A DNA stretch of 64,000 bases from Longimicrobiales bacterium (GTDB lineage: Bacteria > Gemmatimonadota > Gemmatimonadetes > Longimicrobiales > Gaopeijiaceae), in contig CBDBCF010000002.1 of the NCBI GenBank assembly GCA_965202985.1, positions 576,001 to 640,000 on the forward strand, written 5' to 3'. A program made the position numbers and the translations under genes. Positions 37,261 to 50,200 of this stretch are shown piece after piece (the first letter of the stretch is position 1; each line of letters starts with the position of its first letter). The notes beneath the pieces are model-generated. The model saw only the letters and a program-made list of their open reading frames with translations. It made no database searches and was not told the DNA's origin.

Positions 37261-38831
37261 CGGACCGGAACGGAAGGGCGGCGAGGTCGCACCGGGCGGC
37301 GTGCCCGGACGGGGCCTGGGCCGCGAGGCGGGGGACGTCGTGGGCGGCAACCGGGCTCGGGGCGGTCGCTGCGTGTGCTGCTGCTGCGCTTGGCGCGTGC
37401 GGGGGAGGACCGCTGGCGGAGGCGGCGGGACGCCGGCTGTCGGTGGAGGACGCCGCCCGGCTGATCGCGGAGCACAGCACGCTACCCCCCGACACCCAGG
37501 TCGCGCGGGCGGTGGCCGAGCTGTGGGTGGACTACACCCTGCTTGCGGCGCGTCTGGAAGCGGACACGTCCTTGGCCTCGCTGGACGTGGCGACGCTGGT
37601 GCGGCAGCCCCTGGAAGACGAGATGCTGGCCCGCCTGCAAGCGGAAGTGATCGACGCCGACACCGTAGTGACCGACGAAGAGCTGGCTGCCCGGTTCGCG
37701 GCGGAGATGCCCGGCGCGCGTGCCACGGCGTCGCAGATCCTGCTTCTGTTCCCCCCCGAGGCCACGGCGCGACAGCGCGACAGCGTGCTGGCCATGGCGC
37801 GCGCGGTGCGGTTCCAGCTGGACGCCGGCGCCGACTTCGGCGAGCTGGCCGCCCAGATGAGCGACGATCCCGGCAGCGCACGGCGCGGTGGCGCCTTGGG
37901 CGTCTTCGAACGAGGCCGGATGCTCGCGCCGGTGGACCAAGCCGTGTTCGCGATGCAGCCCGGCGAGACCAGCGAGCCGGTAGCGTCGTCGCTCGGCTAC
38001 CATGTCCTGCGCCTGGACGCCCTGGATATTCCCGAACTGCCCGAAGTGGCGGCCGAGTTTCGCGCGGCCATTCGGCAGGAGCGCTTGGCCGAGGCCGAAG
38101 CGGCGTACATCGCGCAACTGGATTCCCTGGCCGGGCTTCGTCTGGCGGAGGGCGCCCTTGCCGTGGTCCGCGCGCTGGCGCAGCCCCGCGCCCCGCGGCT
38201 GAGCACGCGGGCGGCCCGGCGGCCACTGATGGAGTGGGAAGGCGGACGCTACACCGCCGGCGACTTCCTGGCGCTGGCCCGCGAGTCGCCCCCTGGGTTC
38301 GCCGAAGGAGTCCACTCCGCCGACGACTCGGAGCTGGAAGAAGCCCTGCTCCGCCTGGGACGCCAGCGGCTGCTGGTGGAGGAAGCCAGAGCCCGAGGCT
38401 TCGAGCCCACCCAGACTCGCCGCGACTCCGTGTCCGCCCAGGCCCGGAGCGCGATCCGGCAGGGCGCCCGAGCAATCGGACTGGGGCCGGGAGGTGGCCC
38501 AGGCGGCGCGGGAACCCCAGGCGACGCGGGGACGGGCGCCGACGCAAGCGGCGCGAGCCCGGACGCGGAGGCTGTCGCGGGCGCGGGCGCGGAGGCCGCG
38601 GAGGCGAACCCGGAAGCTGTGGCAGGCGCGAGTCCGGACGCCCTTGGCAGCGACGCCCCGGACGCGGCTCCGGACCTCGTTCGCGCTGTCTTGGCCGCGA
38701 TCTTGGCCGGCCAGCGGGAGATCAACCCGCTCGGGGCGGTTAGCTTGCTCTTGCGCGACCAGTCCCCGTGGCGGATACGCGCGTCGCGGATCGGGGCAAC
38801 AGCCCAGCGTGCCCTGGAACTCCAACCTTAG
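37257..38831 (+). CDS. Parvulin-type peptidyl-prolyl isomerase lipoprotein
   Basis: ALGA-C lipobox; [29 protein letters not shown] and LGYHVLR; Ala/Gly/Pro-rich insertion near the C-terminus. Confidence 0.85.
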   Translation: MTDRNGRAARSHRAACPDGAWAARRGTSWAATGLGAVAACAAAALGACGGGPLAEAAGRRLSVEDAARLIAEHSTLPPDTQVARAVAELWVDYTLLAARLEADTSLASLDVATLVRQPLEDEMLARLQAEVIDADTVVTDEELAARFAAEMPGARATASQILLLFPPEATARQRDSVLAMARAVRFQLDAGADFGELAAQMSDDPGSARRGGALGVFERGRMLAPVDQAVFAMQPGETSEPVASSLGYHVLRLDALDIPELPEVAAEFRAAIRQERLAEAEAAYIAQLDSLAGLRLAEGALAVVRALAQPRAPRLSTRAARRPLMEWEGGRYTAGDFLALARESPPGFAEGVHSADDSELEEALLRLGRQRLLVEEARARGFEPTQTRRDSVSAQARSAIRQGARAIGLGPGGGPGGAGTPGDAGTGADASGASPDAEAVAGAGAEAAEANPEAVAGASPDALGSDAPDAAPDLVRAVLAAILAGQREINPLGAVSLLLRDQSPWRIRASRIGATAQRALELQP

Positions 38832-38922
38832 GCGATCACCCCTCGAAGCATTTCCGGCCCCCACGCCCCGCCAGTCTTCTCGACCCCCCCTGACCCCTCG
38901 CCCCCTCAACGCCTTCGACGCC

Positions 38923-40257
38923 ATGAACGCGCTTCCCCGTGTCCGCGCCCGGCTCGCCGCCTTTATGACCGTGGCCGCCCTGCTCGCCTTGCTCGGCGTC
39001 CCGGTCCAAGCGCTCTCCCAAGACCCGGAAAGGTCGGTCGACCGGGTCGTGGCGGTCGTCGGCGATTCGGCCGTCCTCTTGTCCCAGCTGCTGAACCGGG
39101 AACGCGAGATGATCGCGTCCGGCGCCCCGGTTCCCCCCGAAGGCTCGGCGGAGCGCGACGACTTCATGCGCGAACTGCTGGACGAGCTGGTGGACAACCA
39201 GGTCATCCTCCAAGCCGCGGCTCGGGACACCCTGCTCGAGGTCGACGACGACCGGGTCGAGGAAAGCCTTCAGCAACGAATGTCGGGGATGGAGTCGAAC
39301 TTGGGCGGGCGCGAGCAGTTGGAGCAGGCGCTGCGCGAAGCCGGGCTGTCGATGCAGAGCTTCCGGGAGATGCAGCGGGACATGATCGGTCAGCGGATGC
39401 TGGTCCAGCTGTACGTTCAGCGCTACGGCGGGGACGGGGCCGTCGAGGTCTCCGACGAAGAGGTGCGCGAGTATTTCGAGGCCCAGGAAGACGCGCTCCA
39501 GGAGCGTCCGGCCACGGTCGCGTTCAAGCAGGTCGTGCTCACGGTGGTGCCGTCCGACTCGGCGGTCGACGCGGCGCTCGACCTGGCCGAATCGGTTCGG
39601 GAGCGAGCGGTGGCGGGCGAAGACTTCGGGGAGCTGGCCCGCGAGCATTCCCAGGACCCGGGTTCCGCGCAGGCGGGCGGCGACCTGGGGTGGTTCAGAC
39701 GGGGAAACTTCGCCGAAGAGTTCGAAGAGGCGGCGTTCGCGCTGCCCGAAGGCGAAGTCAGCGACGTGATCGAGACGATATTCGGCTACCACGTCATCAA
39801 GGTCGAGAAGGTGCGCTTTGCCGAGCGCCAAGCCCGCCACGTCCTGATCCGCCCCCGCACCGGGCCGGCGGACGTGACCGCCACCCGCGATCTGGCGAGC
39901 GAGCTGGCCGCCCGGGCTGCCGCGGGCGATGACTTCCAGGCCATCGTGGATGAGAACCACGACGCGCTGCTCCCGGATTCGGCGACGGTGCCCCGCAGTC
40001 AGATCGCGCAGCTGCTGCCGCCCGCGTACTTGTCGGCCCTGTCGGGACGTTCGGCGGGCGATGTGGTGGGACCGCTCCAGTTCAGCTATCGGGACGAGGA
40101 GCACTTCGCGGTGTTGAAGATCCTGGAGACGCGGGAAGCCGGCGCGTACGTGTTCGAAGAGCTGGCGCCGCAGATCCGCTCCGGGCTGATGGAGCAGAAG
40201 CGTCTGGACCGGCTGATCGAGGGGCTGCGGGACAAGACCTACATCGAGATCAAGTGA
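38923..40257 (+). CDS. surA: Periplasmic chaperone/PPIase SurA
   Basis: Signal peptide; [36 protein letters not shown]-terminal [10 protein letters not shown]; directly upstream of pdxA. Confidence 0.88.
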   Translation: MNALPRVRARLAAFMTVAALLALLGVPVQALSQDPERSVDRVVAVVGDSAVLLSQLLNREREMIASGAPVPPEGSAERDDFMRELLDELVDNQVILQAAARDTLLEVDDDRVEESLQQRMSGMESNLGGREQLEQALREAGLSMQSFREMQRDMIGQRMLVQLYVQRYGGDGAVEVSDEEVREYFEAQEDALQERPATVAFKQVVLTVVPSDSAVDAALDLAESVRERAVAGEDFGELAREHSQDPGSAQAGGDLGWFRRGNFAEEFEEAAFALPEGEVSDVIETIFGYHVIKVEKVRFAERQARHVLIRPRTGPADVTATRDLASELAARAAAGDDFQAIVDENHDALLPDSATVPRSQIAQLLPPAYLSALSGRSAGDVVGPLQFSYRDEEHFAVLKILETREAGAYVFEELAPQIRSGLMEQKRLDRLIEGLRDKTYIEIK

Positions 40258-41192
40258 GCGGCTTGGCCGTCACCGTGGGCGACCCCCGCGGGATCGGCCC
40301 CGAGGTGACCGCGAAAGCGCTGGCCGCTCTGCCCGACGCAGCCGAAGCAGCTACGGTGATCGGTCCCTGCGAGTGCGCCGCCGCCTTCGCGGGCTTGGCG
40401 CGCTTCGAGGCCGTGGACGACGGGGCCGCCGGGCTGGCGCCGGGCAAGGCCGCGGGGATGTCCGTGGAGCAGGCCGTGGCCATGGCGCTGGACGGAGACG
40501 CCGACGCCGTGGTGACGGCGCCCGTCCACAAGCCCTCGCTGGTCGGCGCCGGATATCCGCCCGGCCACACCGAGATGCTCATGGACCTGTCGGGCGCGTT
40601 GCGGGTCGGGATGCTCATGTGCGACGAGGGGAACGGCGCCCGTCCCGCCAAGCGCGTCCTTCTGGCCACGATCCACGTGCCCCTGGCCGACGTGCCCCGC
40701 CTGGTCACGACCGCGCTCCTCGTCGACCAGACGCGCCTCTTGGCCGCGGCGCTGGCCTCCGACTGGGGGCTGGAGAAGCCGCGCATCGCCCTTTGCGCCC
40801 TGAACCCGCACGCCTCCGACGACGGCATGTTCGGCTCCGAAGAGCGGGACGTCTTCGCTCCGGCCGCGGCCGCTCTGGCCGGCGGCTCCTGTTCCGTGGT
40901 CGGCCCGCTGCCGGCCGACACGGTCTTCGCGCGGGCGTTCCGCGGCGAGTTCGACGCCGTCGTGGCGCCCTACCACGACGTGGGGATGGCCGCGTTCAAG
41001 ACGGCAGCGTTCGGGCGCGGGGTAAACGCGACGCTGGGGCTGCCCTTCGTTCGCACCTCTCCCGACCACGGCACCGCCTTCGACATCGCCGGGCAGGACC
41101 GGGCCGATCCGTCCTCCATGATCGAAGCCGTCCGGCTGGCGGTTCGGCTGGCGCGTGCGCACCGGCGGCGGGAACGGAAACGCTCCTCCTAG
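40254..41192 (+). CDS. pdxA: 4-hydroxythreonine-4-phosphate dehydrogenase
   Basis: [27 protein letters not shown] and [21 protein letters not shown]. Confidence 0.96.
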   Translation: MSGLAVTVGDPRGIGPEVTAKALAALPDAAEAATVIGPCECAAAFAGLARFEAVDDGAAGLAPGKAAGMSVEQAVAMALDGDADAVVTAPVHKPSLVGAGYPPGHTEMLMDLSGALRVGMLMCDEGNGARPAKRVLLATIHVPLADVPRLVTTALLVDQTRLLAAALASDWGLEKPRIALCALNPHASDDGMFGSEERDVFAPAAAALAGGSCSVVGPLPADTVFARAFRGEFDAVVAPYHDVGMAAFKTAAFGRGVNATLGLPFVRTSPDHGTAFDIAGQDRADPSSMIEAVRLAVRLARAHRRRERKRSS

Positions 41193-41216
41193 AGGTTGGC
41201 AGGCGGGTCCCGCGAG

Positions 41217-41254
41217 TCCCCGGCACAGTGCGGGACAACGCACCGCGCCGGGGA
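41217..41254 (-). terminator. Stem-loop 3' of giant adhesin 2
   Basis: Minus strand TCCCCGGCGCGGTGCG-TTGTCC-CGCACTGTGCCGGGGA; 16-bp stem fully paired when G-U is allowed; lies between convergent pdxA and adhesin 2. Confidence 0.6.
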
Positions 41255-41267
41255 CGCACGAACCCTA

Positions 41268-44200
41268 CTAGAAGACGATCCTGCCCGAGAGGCCGATGCG
41301 GCGTTCCGGGGGCTGGACGCCGCTGGCGACGTGCTCGCCGAACAGGTCCATCATCAAGCGCAGGCCGGGCGACCGGGTCCCCGGGGACTCGGTAAGTTGC
41401 CCGGTGGTCTCGCCGCCCAGCAGCGACCAGCGGGTCCCTATGTTCACCCGATGGCCCGTCGGTCCCTCGCGGCTCCACCGGCCGAACGGCTTGACCTGAG
41501 CGCCGCCGGACAGCAGCACGCCGTAGCCGACCTCCATCGCCACGCGGTCGGGTGCCCAGCCCGGCGCGCTCGTGGCCGCCAAGAGGCCGGAGCTTGCCGG
41601 GAGGCCCGGGCCTGCCTGCGAGCCGACGGCCGGATCGCCATTCGCGCCCGACATGCCTTCGGCCGACGGGTCGCCCGGGTTGTGAGCGGGTTCCGGGCTT
41701 GCCGGGACGTTCGCGCCGATTGGCCGCGCAACCCGGCCCGGCGCGCCGAAGCCGGCCACGCCCGCGGTCCGCCACACGTCGGCGCCGCCCTGCCACAGCG
41801 TCCGCGCGCCGCGCCCAGCGTCGCCCCACGTCGGCTCGACCGAGAACGACAGCCCGCTCTCGCCCTCGCCGCCCCCGCCGCCCGGCTGCAACCTCAGCGA
41901 GAACCCGGCGCCCCAGTCCTTGAAGTCCCGCTCCTGGTGCACCAGCAGCGCACGGCCCCGCGCCGTCATGCTGAACCCGCTGGCCTGGTGCGCCAACCCC
42001 ACCTCGGCGCCCGCCTCCGCGCCCATACCCGTCTCCGCGTCGCCGCCGTCGAAGCGACCCCCCACCTCGAGCCGCGTCCGCATCGCCAGCCCGCCGCCCA
42101 GCTGCCACTGGCCGCCGATCTCCGGCGCCAGTCGCACGCGCTGCGCGTCCGCCGTCACGCCCGCCAGCCCCGCCACCTCGTCCGACAAGATGCGGACGGC
42201 GAAGGCGTCCGCCTTCAGCGCCAACCCGCCGGTCAGCTCCTGGCGCACGCCCAGCGCACCCATGCGCATCTCCAAGTCGGTGTCGAAACGGCCGCCAGCC
42301 GACTCATCGAGCGTCGCGTCGCCCCGGCCCGCGCCCGCCAAGCCCCACACGCCGAACCCGCCGCTGGACGACCAGTGCAGGTAGGGGTACAGGCTGGTCA
42401 GGCGAGCGTCGACCGAGCCCGCGCCGTTGACGTCGCTGTCGAAGCCGGCCTCCATGTCGCTGCGCGAGCCCGCAAGCCCCATCAGCACGCCCGACGCGAA
42501 CCGGTAGTCCAGCCCCAAGTAGGCGGAGCGCGTGCGGCCGTCCATGGCGAAGCCTTCGTCGGGACGGCCCTCGAACTCGCCCAGGTTCGCCTGGCCCCAC
42601 ACCGTCCAGCCCGACCGGACAGCAGCCTGCGAAGAGACGGAGGCTGCGCTTGCCGCGTCGCCGGCCGCCGAGCCGTCCGAGCCGCCGAATGACAGCTGGA
42701 ACGAGCTCTGCGAGCGCAGGCCGAGGGCGTCGACCGGGTTGAACGTTAGGCCGCCGGTGCGGTCGGCGCGCCCGGCGTCGGCTTGCTGTTGGCCCTGGTA
42801 GGCGCCGCCCATGCCGGCCATGCCGCCGGCGCTGCCCGCGCCCGGACCGCTCCGCCCGTCGCCGAACAGCAGCGCGGCCAAGTCGACGGTCCCGCCGGCC
42901 ACATCGGCGGAGCCGGGAACGGCGATCTGCAGCCCCAGCAGGCCCGTCGCGCCCCGCACCAGCGACTCGAGACCGCACTCGCCCGAGCCGACAGCGGCGC
43001 TGTTGCTCTCGCCGTCATCGGCTTGGCCGTCTGCCGCGTTCGCAGCGTCGGCGAAGCCGCTTGCCCCGGCGCCCGGCGCGCCGCACGCCAGCGAGCGCCC
43101 GCCGAGCTGCACATGCGACCGGCCCAGCGCACCCGACGACCCCAGCCCCAACCGCCCGCCGATCGCATCCACCGTCTCCGTGCCCAGCGACCGGCCAAAC
43201 GCCGCCAGCGTCAGCTCCAACGCACGCGCACGCTCCGACCGCGACGCCTCCACCGTCACCCGCACCTGCTGCCGAGCCGACAACCCGCCCGGATCGCTCG
43301 CGCGTACCGTCACCACGGCCTCGCCGATCGCCTGCGGCGCGATTGACAACCGCCCCGCGCCCGTCACCGTCGCAGCCGCCACGGCCGGCGACGACGACTC
43401 GACCGCGTACGTCAGCGCGTCGCCGTCCGGGTCCCGGAAGTACTGTCCCAACTCCTCTTCCACAGCGTCGCCGTACGCCTCGAGCGTCTTCGGCGACATC
43501 GCGCCCACGGCCTCCGGGCCCTCGTTCACGTCCAGCAGCGTCACCGACACGCCCGCCTCGGCCGTCAGTCCGCCCGCGTCCGTCGCCCGCACCGTCAGCG
43601 CGAACATCGGCGGACCCGCCTCGTAGTCCTCGCCGCTCCCCACGTACCGCACCTCGCCCGTCCGAGCGTCCACCTCGAACCGTGCGGCGTCGCCTTCGGC
43701 CAAGCTGTACGCCGGCGCGTCGCCGCGGTCGGGGTCCGTCGCTTCGACCACGCCCAGCGTCAGCGGCCCGGCAACGTTCTCCGCCAGCTCGAACGCGTAC
43801 GCGCTGTCCGCGAACGCCGGCGCCTCGTTCACGTCCAGCAGCGCGACCGTCGCAACCGCGCGCGCCGCCAGCCCCTCGCCGTCCGTCGCAACCACCTCGA
43901 ACTCCCAGGACGCCGGGCCCGCCTCGTAGTCCTCGCCCGCGCCCGCGTACCGCACCTCGCCCGTCGCAGCGTCCACCTCGAAGAGCGCCGCGCCTTCGCC
44001 CGACAGGCTGTACACGAGCGTGTCCGCTCGGTCCGGGTCCGCCGCCTCGACCGCGCCCAGAACCAACGGTCCGGCGACGTTCTCCTCGAACTCCCACTCG
44101 TAGACCTCCGCAGCGAACGCCGGCGCCTCGTTACGGTCCAGCAGCGCCACCACCACCCGCGCAGACGCCGCGATGCCGCCGCGGTCCGTCGCACGGACCT

Positions 44201-47200
44201 CGAACGCCCAGCTCTCCGGGCCCGTCTCCGCGTCCTCGCCTGCGCCCACGTAGCGCAACTCGCCCGTAACAGCGTCCACCTCGAACCGCTCGGCGTCGCC
44301 TTCGGCCAAGCTGTACACAGGCGGGTCGTCCCGGTCCGGGTCCGTCGCCCGCACGACGCCCAGCACCAACGGTCCCGCAACGTTCTCCGCCAACTCGAAC
44401 GCATACGCCGAGTCCGCGAACGCCGGCGCCTCGTTCACGTCCGCAACCACCACCGTCGCCGTCGTCCGCGCCGTACGGCCCACCAAGTCCGTCGCCGTCG
44501 CCTCCAACACCCACGGCCCCGCGCCGCCCTCGTAGTCCTCGCCACCGCCAACGTACCGCAACTCGCCCGTCTCCCCGTCCAGCTCGAACCGCTCGGCGTC
44601 GCCTGCCACCAGCGCGTAGGTCAGCGTGTCGCCCTCGTCCGGGTCCACCGCCTCCAACACGCCCAGAACCAGCGGACCCGCAGCGTCCTCCGCCAGCTCG
44701 AACACCCAACGCTCCTCGACGAACGACGGCGCCTCGTCGTTCTCGTTCACAACCTTCACCGTCACCTTCGCCGTCGTCTCGAGCTGCTCGTCCTCGCCCA
44801 CGCCGTCCGTCACCGCCACCACCAGCATCACGTACTCCGAACGCTGCTCCGCGTCCTCGCCTCCGCCAACGTAAGTCACCACGCCGCTCGACACGTCCAC
44901 CTCGAACAGCCCCTCGCCTCCGCTCTCCAACCCGTAGCGCACCTCGGCATCGAGAGGACTCGCCGCGACCACCTCGCCCACCGGCAGCGGGCCCGCAACG
45001 TTCTCCGCCAACTCGAACTCGTACTCCAACCGACCGAACACCGGGTCCAGGCTGCCCGCGCCGTTCACCGCGTGGTCCGTCAGGTCCGTCACCGCGTGCG
45101 CGCCCAGGTCCAGAACCGCAGCAGCCTGGCCGCCCGCGATCCGCAGCGCGCCCGCAGCCTCCGCCAGCGCGTCCGCCGGGATGCTGATCCCGTCCGGGTC
45201 CCGGTCCGCCGGCCGGACCACGTACTCGAACGCCAGCACCGTCGTGCCCGAGCCCGACACGTAGCGCGCGTGCCGCGTCGTGCCGCCCACGTCGATCGCC
45301 AGCCGCGCCGCAGCCGTGTTCGCAGCCGTCATCGACGCCGCCAGCGCCGGCGACGACGACGCGCCCGCCACGTCGACCGGTCGGCTGAACGTCACCTCGA
45401 CACGGATCACGCCGCCCGCGCCGTACAGTCCCGTCGCCACAGGCTCGCTCGTCACCGCCACGCCGACCACCACCGGCGCGACCTCGACCGTGCCGTCCAC
45501 CTTGTCGGCAGCCGCCGCGACGATCGCCTGAGCGCCCAACGCCAGCGTCGCCGGACGAACGCCGTCCGCCGTGTTCACGATCGTACCGCCGTTCAGCGTC
45601 AGCGCAGCCGCAGCAACGCCCACGCCGTCCGCGTCCGCATCCACGCCGCCCGTACCGCTGCCGCCGCTGCCCGCGCCCTGCACCCGGTACGCGAACGACA
45701 GCGTCGCCGTGCCGCTGCCGTCCGCGTAGCTCGCCTGACGCGCAACCGCGCCCACCGTCAGCGCCAGACGCGGCGACCCCGTCACCGTCACCGCGCGGTC
45801 GAACGTCACCTCGACCTCGATCCGCTCGCCCAGGCCGTAGGTGTCCGCGCTGTCCGGCGTGCTCGACACCGCTACGCCCGTCACCGACGCGCCCGCCAGC
45901 GTCCCGTCCACCTTGTGGCCAGCAGCCGCGCTCAACGCATGGCTGCCCAATCCCAACGCCGCCGCAGTCGAGCCGTCGCGGGCGTCCGCGATCGCGCCGC
46001 TGTTCAGCGCCAGCGCGCTCGCGCCGACCTCGATGCCGTCGGTGTCCGCGTCCGCAGCCACCACTACGTAACGGAACGTCAGCGCTCGCGTGCCCGTCCC
46101 GCTCGCGTAGTCCGCCTGCCGCGTCTGCGCACCCACCGTCAGCGCCACCCGAGGCGTGCCCGTCACCGCCACCCGACGGTTGAACGTCACCTGAACCTCG
46201 ATCCGCTCGTCGCGGCCGTACGTCGTCGCCACCGCAGGCGAACTCGTCAGCGACACGCCAGACACCGACGCCGCCGTGAACGTGCTGCCCGCAACCTTGT
46301 GGCCCGCGCTGTTCGTCACCGCGTGGGCACCCAGCCCCAGAACCGCGTCCACCGTGCCGCCCGCCACGTCGATCGTCCCGCCGTTCAGCGCCAGCGCGCT
46401 CGCGCCGATGCTGATCCCGTCCGCGTCCGCGTCCGCAGTCACCACCACGTAACGGAACACCAGCGACGCCGTGCCCGTGCCCGAAGCGTACGACGCCTGC
46501 TTCGTTGTGCTGCCGATCCCCAACGCCAGCTGCGGCGTGCCCGTCACGTCCACCGCCTTGTTGAACACCACCGTCGCAACCACCGTGTCGCCTCGCTCGA
46601 ACGTGTCGCCCACCACGGGCGACGCGATCGTCACGCCGCTCACGCCCGGCGGGCCCTGAGCACCGTCCACTCGGTGGCCGCCGCTGTTCGAGACCGCGTG
46701 GCCGCCCAACCCCAGGCTCGCAGCCTCGTTCGCGTCGCGCGCGTCCGCGACCGTCCCGCCGTTCAGCGACAACGCGCTCGCGCCGATGCCGATCCCGTTC
46801 CCGTCCGCGTCGCCAGCAACCACCGTGTAGGCGAACGACAGCACCCGGCCACCCGTCGTCGCCACGTACGACGCCTGTCGCGTCCGCGAACCGATCGTCA
46901 GCGCCAGCTCCGGCGACCCCGTCACCGCCACGTTCCGGTTGAACGTCACATCGACACCGATCTCCTCGCTCAACCCGTACGTGCCGCCGCCCGCCGGACT
47001 GCTCGTGATCGTCACCGCGCTCACCGACGCCGCCGTGAACGTCCCGCCCGCGACCCGGCGCCCGCCCGCGTTGCTGATCGCATGATGCGCCAAGCTCAAC
47101 AACGCGTCCGTCGTACCGCCCGCCACGTCGATCGTACCGCCGTTCAGCGTCAGCGCATTCGCGCGGATGCTCAACCCGTCCGTGTCCGCGTCGCCCGAAA

Positions 47201-50200
47201 TCACCACGTACCGGAACTCCAACGACGTCGTGCCCGTCGCCGCGCTCGCGTAGGCTCCCACCTGCTGTGCGCCAATCGACAACGCCAGCTGCGGCGCGCC
47301 CGTCACGTCCACCGCCTTGTTGAACGTCACCGTCGCAACCACCGTGTCGCCTCGCTCGAACGTGTTGCCCACCGGCGGCGCTGCCACCGCCAACCCCACC
47401 ACGCCCGGCGGACCCAGGCTGCCGTTCACCTTGTGCGACGCAGCGTTCGATATCGCACGCGCGCCCAGTCCAAGCGCAGCAGCAGCAGCGCCCGGACGCA
47501 CGTCGGCGATCCCGCCCCCGTTCAGCGCGAGCGCGCTCACGCCGATGCCGATGCCGTCCGTGTCCGCGTCCGAAGGACGGATCGCGTACCCGAACACCAG
47601 CGTGTCCGCCTTGCTCGAAGCGGCATCGTAGCCGGCCTGTCGCGTCGTGGTCCCGATCGTCAGCGCCAAGCGCGGCGCGCCCGTCACCGCCACCGGACGG
47701 TTGAACGCCACCTTCACCTCGATCGACTCGCCCAGCTGGTACGTGCTCGCGCTCGCCGGAGCGCTCGATATCGTCACCGCGCTCACAGCCGGCGTCGTGA
47801 ACGTGCCGCCCGCAACCTTGTGGCCCGCGCTGTTCGTCACCGCGCTCGTACCCAGCCCCAGCGTCGCGTCCAGCGTCCCGCCCGCGACCTTGATCGTGCC
47901 GCCGCTCAGCGCCAACGCGCTCGCCGCGATGCCGATGCCGTCGGAGTCCGCGTCGCCCGCCGCCACCACGTAACGGAACACCAGCGTGTCCGTGCCGCTC
48001 CCGCTCGCGTAGATCGCCTGCCTGGTCGCGCTCCCGATCGTCAGCGCCAACCGCGGCACACCCGTCACGTCCACCGCACGGTTGAACACCAGCTCGACCT
48101 CGATCGTCTCGCCACGCTCGAACGTGTCGCCAACCGTCGGAGAGCCGATCGACAGCGACGTCACCCCCGGCGGCCCGCGGCTGCCGTCCACCTTGTGCGC
48201 AGCAGCGTTCGATATCGCGGACGAGCCCAGACCCAGGCCCGCCGCCATCGTACCGCCCCGAGCGTCGTTGATCGTGCCGCCGTTCAGCGCCAACGCGCTC
48301 GCCACGATGCCGATCCCCGTCGAGTCCGCGTCCGCCGCCACCACCGTGTAGCGGAACGCCAGCGCCGTCGTCCCGCTCCCGCTCGCGTAAGACGCCTGAC
48401 GCGTCTGCGAACCGATCGTCAGCGCCAGCTGCGGCACGCCCGTCACCGTCACCGGACGCGTGAACCCAACCTCGACCTCGATCACCTCCGTACGTCCGTA
48501 CGTGCTGTCGCTCGACGGACTGCTCGATATCGTCACGCCGCTCACCGCAGCAGCCGTGAACGTACCGCCCGCAACCTTGTAGTTCCCGTTGTCGGTGACA
48601 TAGTGGTCCCGCAAGCTCAGCACCGCGTCCGTCGTCGCGCCCGACCGACGGACCGTACCGCCGTTCAAAGCCAACGCGCTCGTCCCGATGCTCAACCCGT
48701 CCGCGTCCGCGTCCGCCGTCACCACCACGTACCGGAACACCAGCGTGTCCGTCCCCGTCCCCGCAGCGTAGCTCGCCTGCTTCGTCGCGCTCCCGATCCC
48801 CAAAGCCAGCTGCGGCGTCCCCGTCACCGCCACCGACTTGTTGAACGCCACCTTGACCTCGATCGTCTCGCCGCGCTCGAACGTGTCGCCAACCTCCGGC
48901 GAACCGATCGACAACCCCGTCACGCCCGGCGGACCCTGCGCGCCGTCCACCTTGTGCGACGCCGCGTTCGATATCGCGCTCGAGCCCAGCCCCAGGCTCG
49001 CCGCCGTCGAACCGTCACGCGCGTCGTTGATCGTACCGCCGTTCAGCGCCAACGCGCTCGTCCCGATGCCGATGCCATTCGCGTCCGCGTCCCCCGCTAC
49101 CACCTCGTACCCGAACGTCAGCGTCTTCGTGCCCGTGCCGCTCGCGTAGTCAGCCTGCCGCGTCGCAGCACCCACCGTCAGCGCCACCCGCGGCGCGCCC
49201 GTCGCGTTCACCGGCCGCACGAACGTCACCTCGACCTCGATCTGCTCGCCCAGACCGTACGTGTCCCCGCTCGACGGACTGCTCGAGATCGCCACCCCGC
49301 TCACCGACGACGCCGTGAACGTGCCGCCCGCAACCTTGTGGCCCGTGCTGTTCGATATCGCGTGCGTCCCCAGCCCCAACGTCGCGTCCAGCGTCCCGCC
49401 CGACAGACGGATCGTCCCGCTGTTCAACGCCAAAGCGCTCGTCCCGATGCTCAACCCGTCCGCGTCCACGTCCGCCTGCACCACCGTGTACTGGAACACC
49501 AGCGACGCCGTGCCGCTCCCGCTCGCGTAGCTCGCCTGTCGCGTCTGACTCCCGATCCCCAAAGCCAACTGCGGCGTCCCCGTCACCGCCACCGCGCGGT
49601 TGAACGTCACCGTCGCTTCAATCGCGTCGCCCCGCTCGAACGTGTCGCCCACGGGCGGCGACCCGACGACCACGCCGATCACACCCGGCGGTCCCTGCGC
49701 ACCGTCCACCTTGTGCGCAGCAGCGTTCGATATCGCGTTCGAACCCAAGCCCAGCCCCGCAGCCTCGCTCGCGTCACGTGCGTCGGCGATCGTGCCGCCG
49801 TTCAGCGCCAACGCGCTCGTCCCGATGCTGAGCCCGTTCGCGTCCGCGTCCGCAGCCACAACCGTGTACTGGAACGTCAGCGTCTTCGTGCCGCTCCCGC
49901 TCGCATACGCAGCCTGGCGCGTCTGCGAACCAATCGTCAACGCGACCTGCGGCGCGCCCGTCACCGCCACGTTGCGGTCGAACGTCACCTCCACCTCGAT
50001 CTGCTCCGTACGACCGTACGTGCTGTCGCTCGCCGGACTGCTCGAGATCGACAACCCCGCTACCGACGACGCCGTGAACAACCCGCCGTTCACCACCAGA
50101 AAGTTCTCGAACGCTTGATGCTCCAAGCTCAACAAGGCGTCCGTCGTACCGCCCGCAACGTCGATCGTACCGCCGTTCAGCGCCAAGGCGCTCGCGCCTA

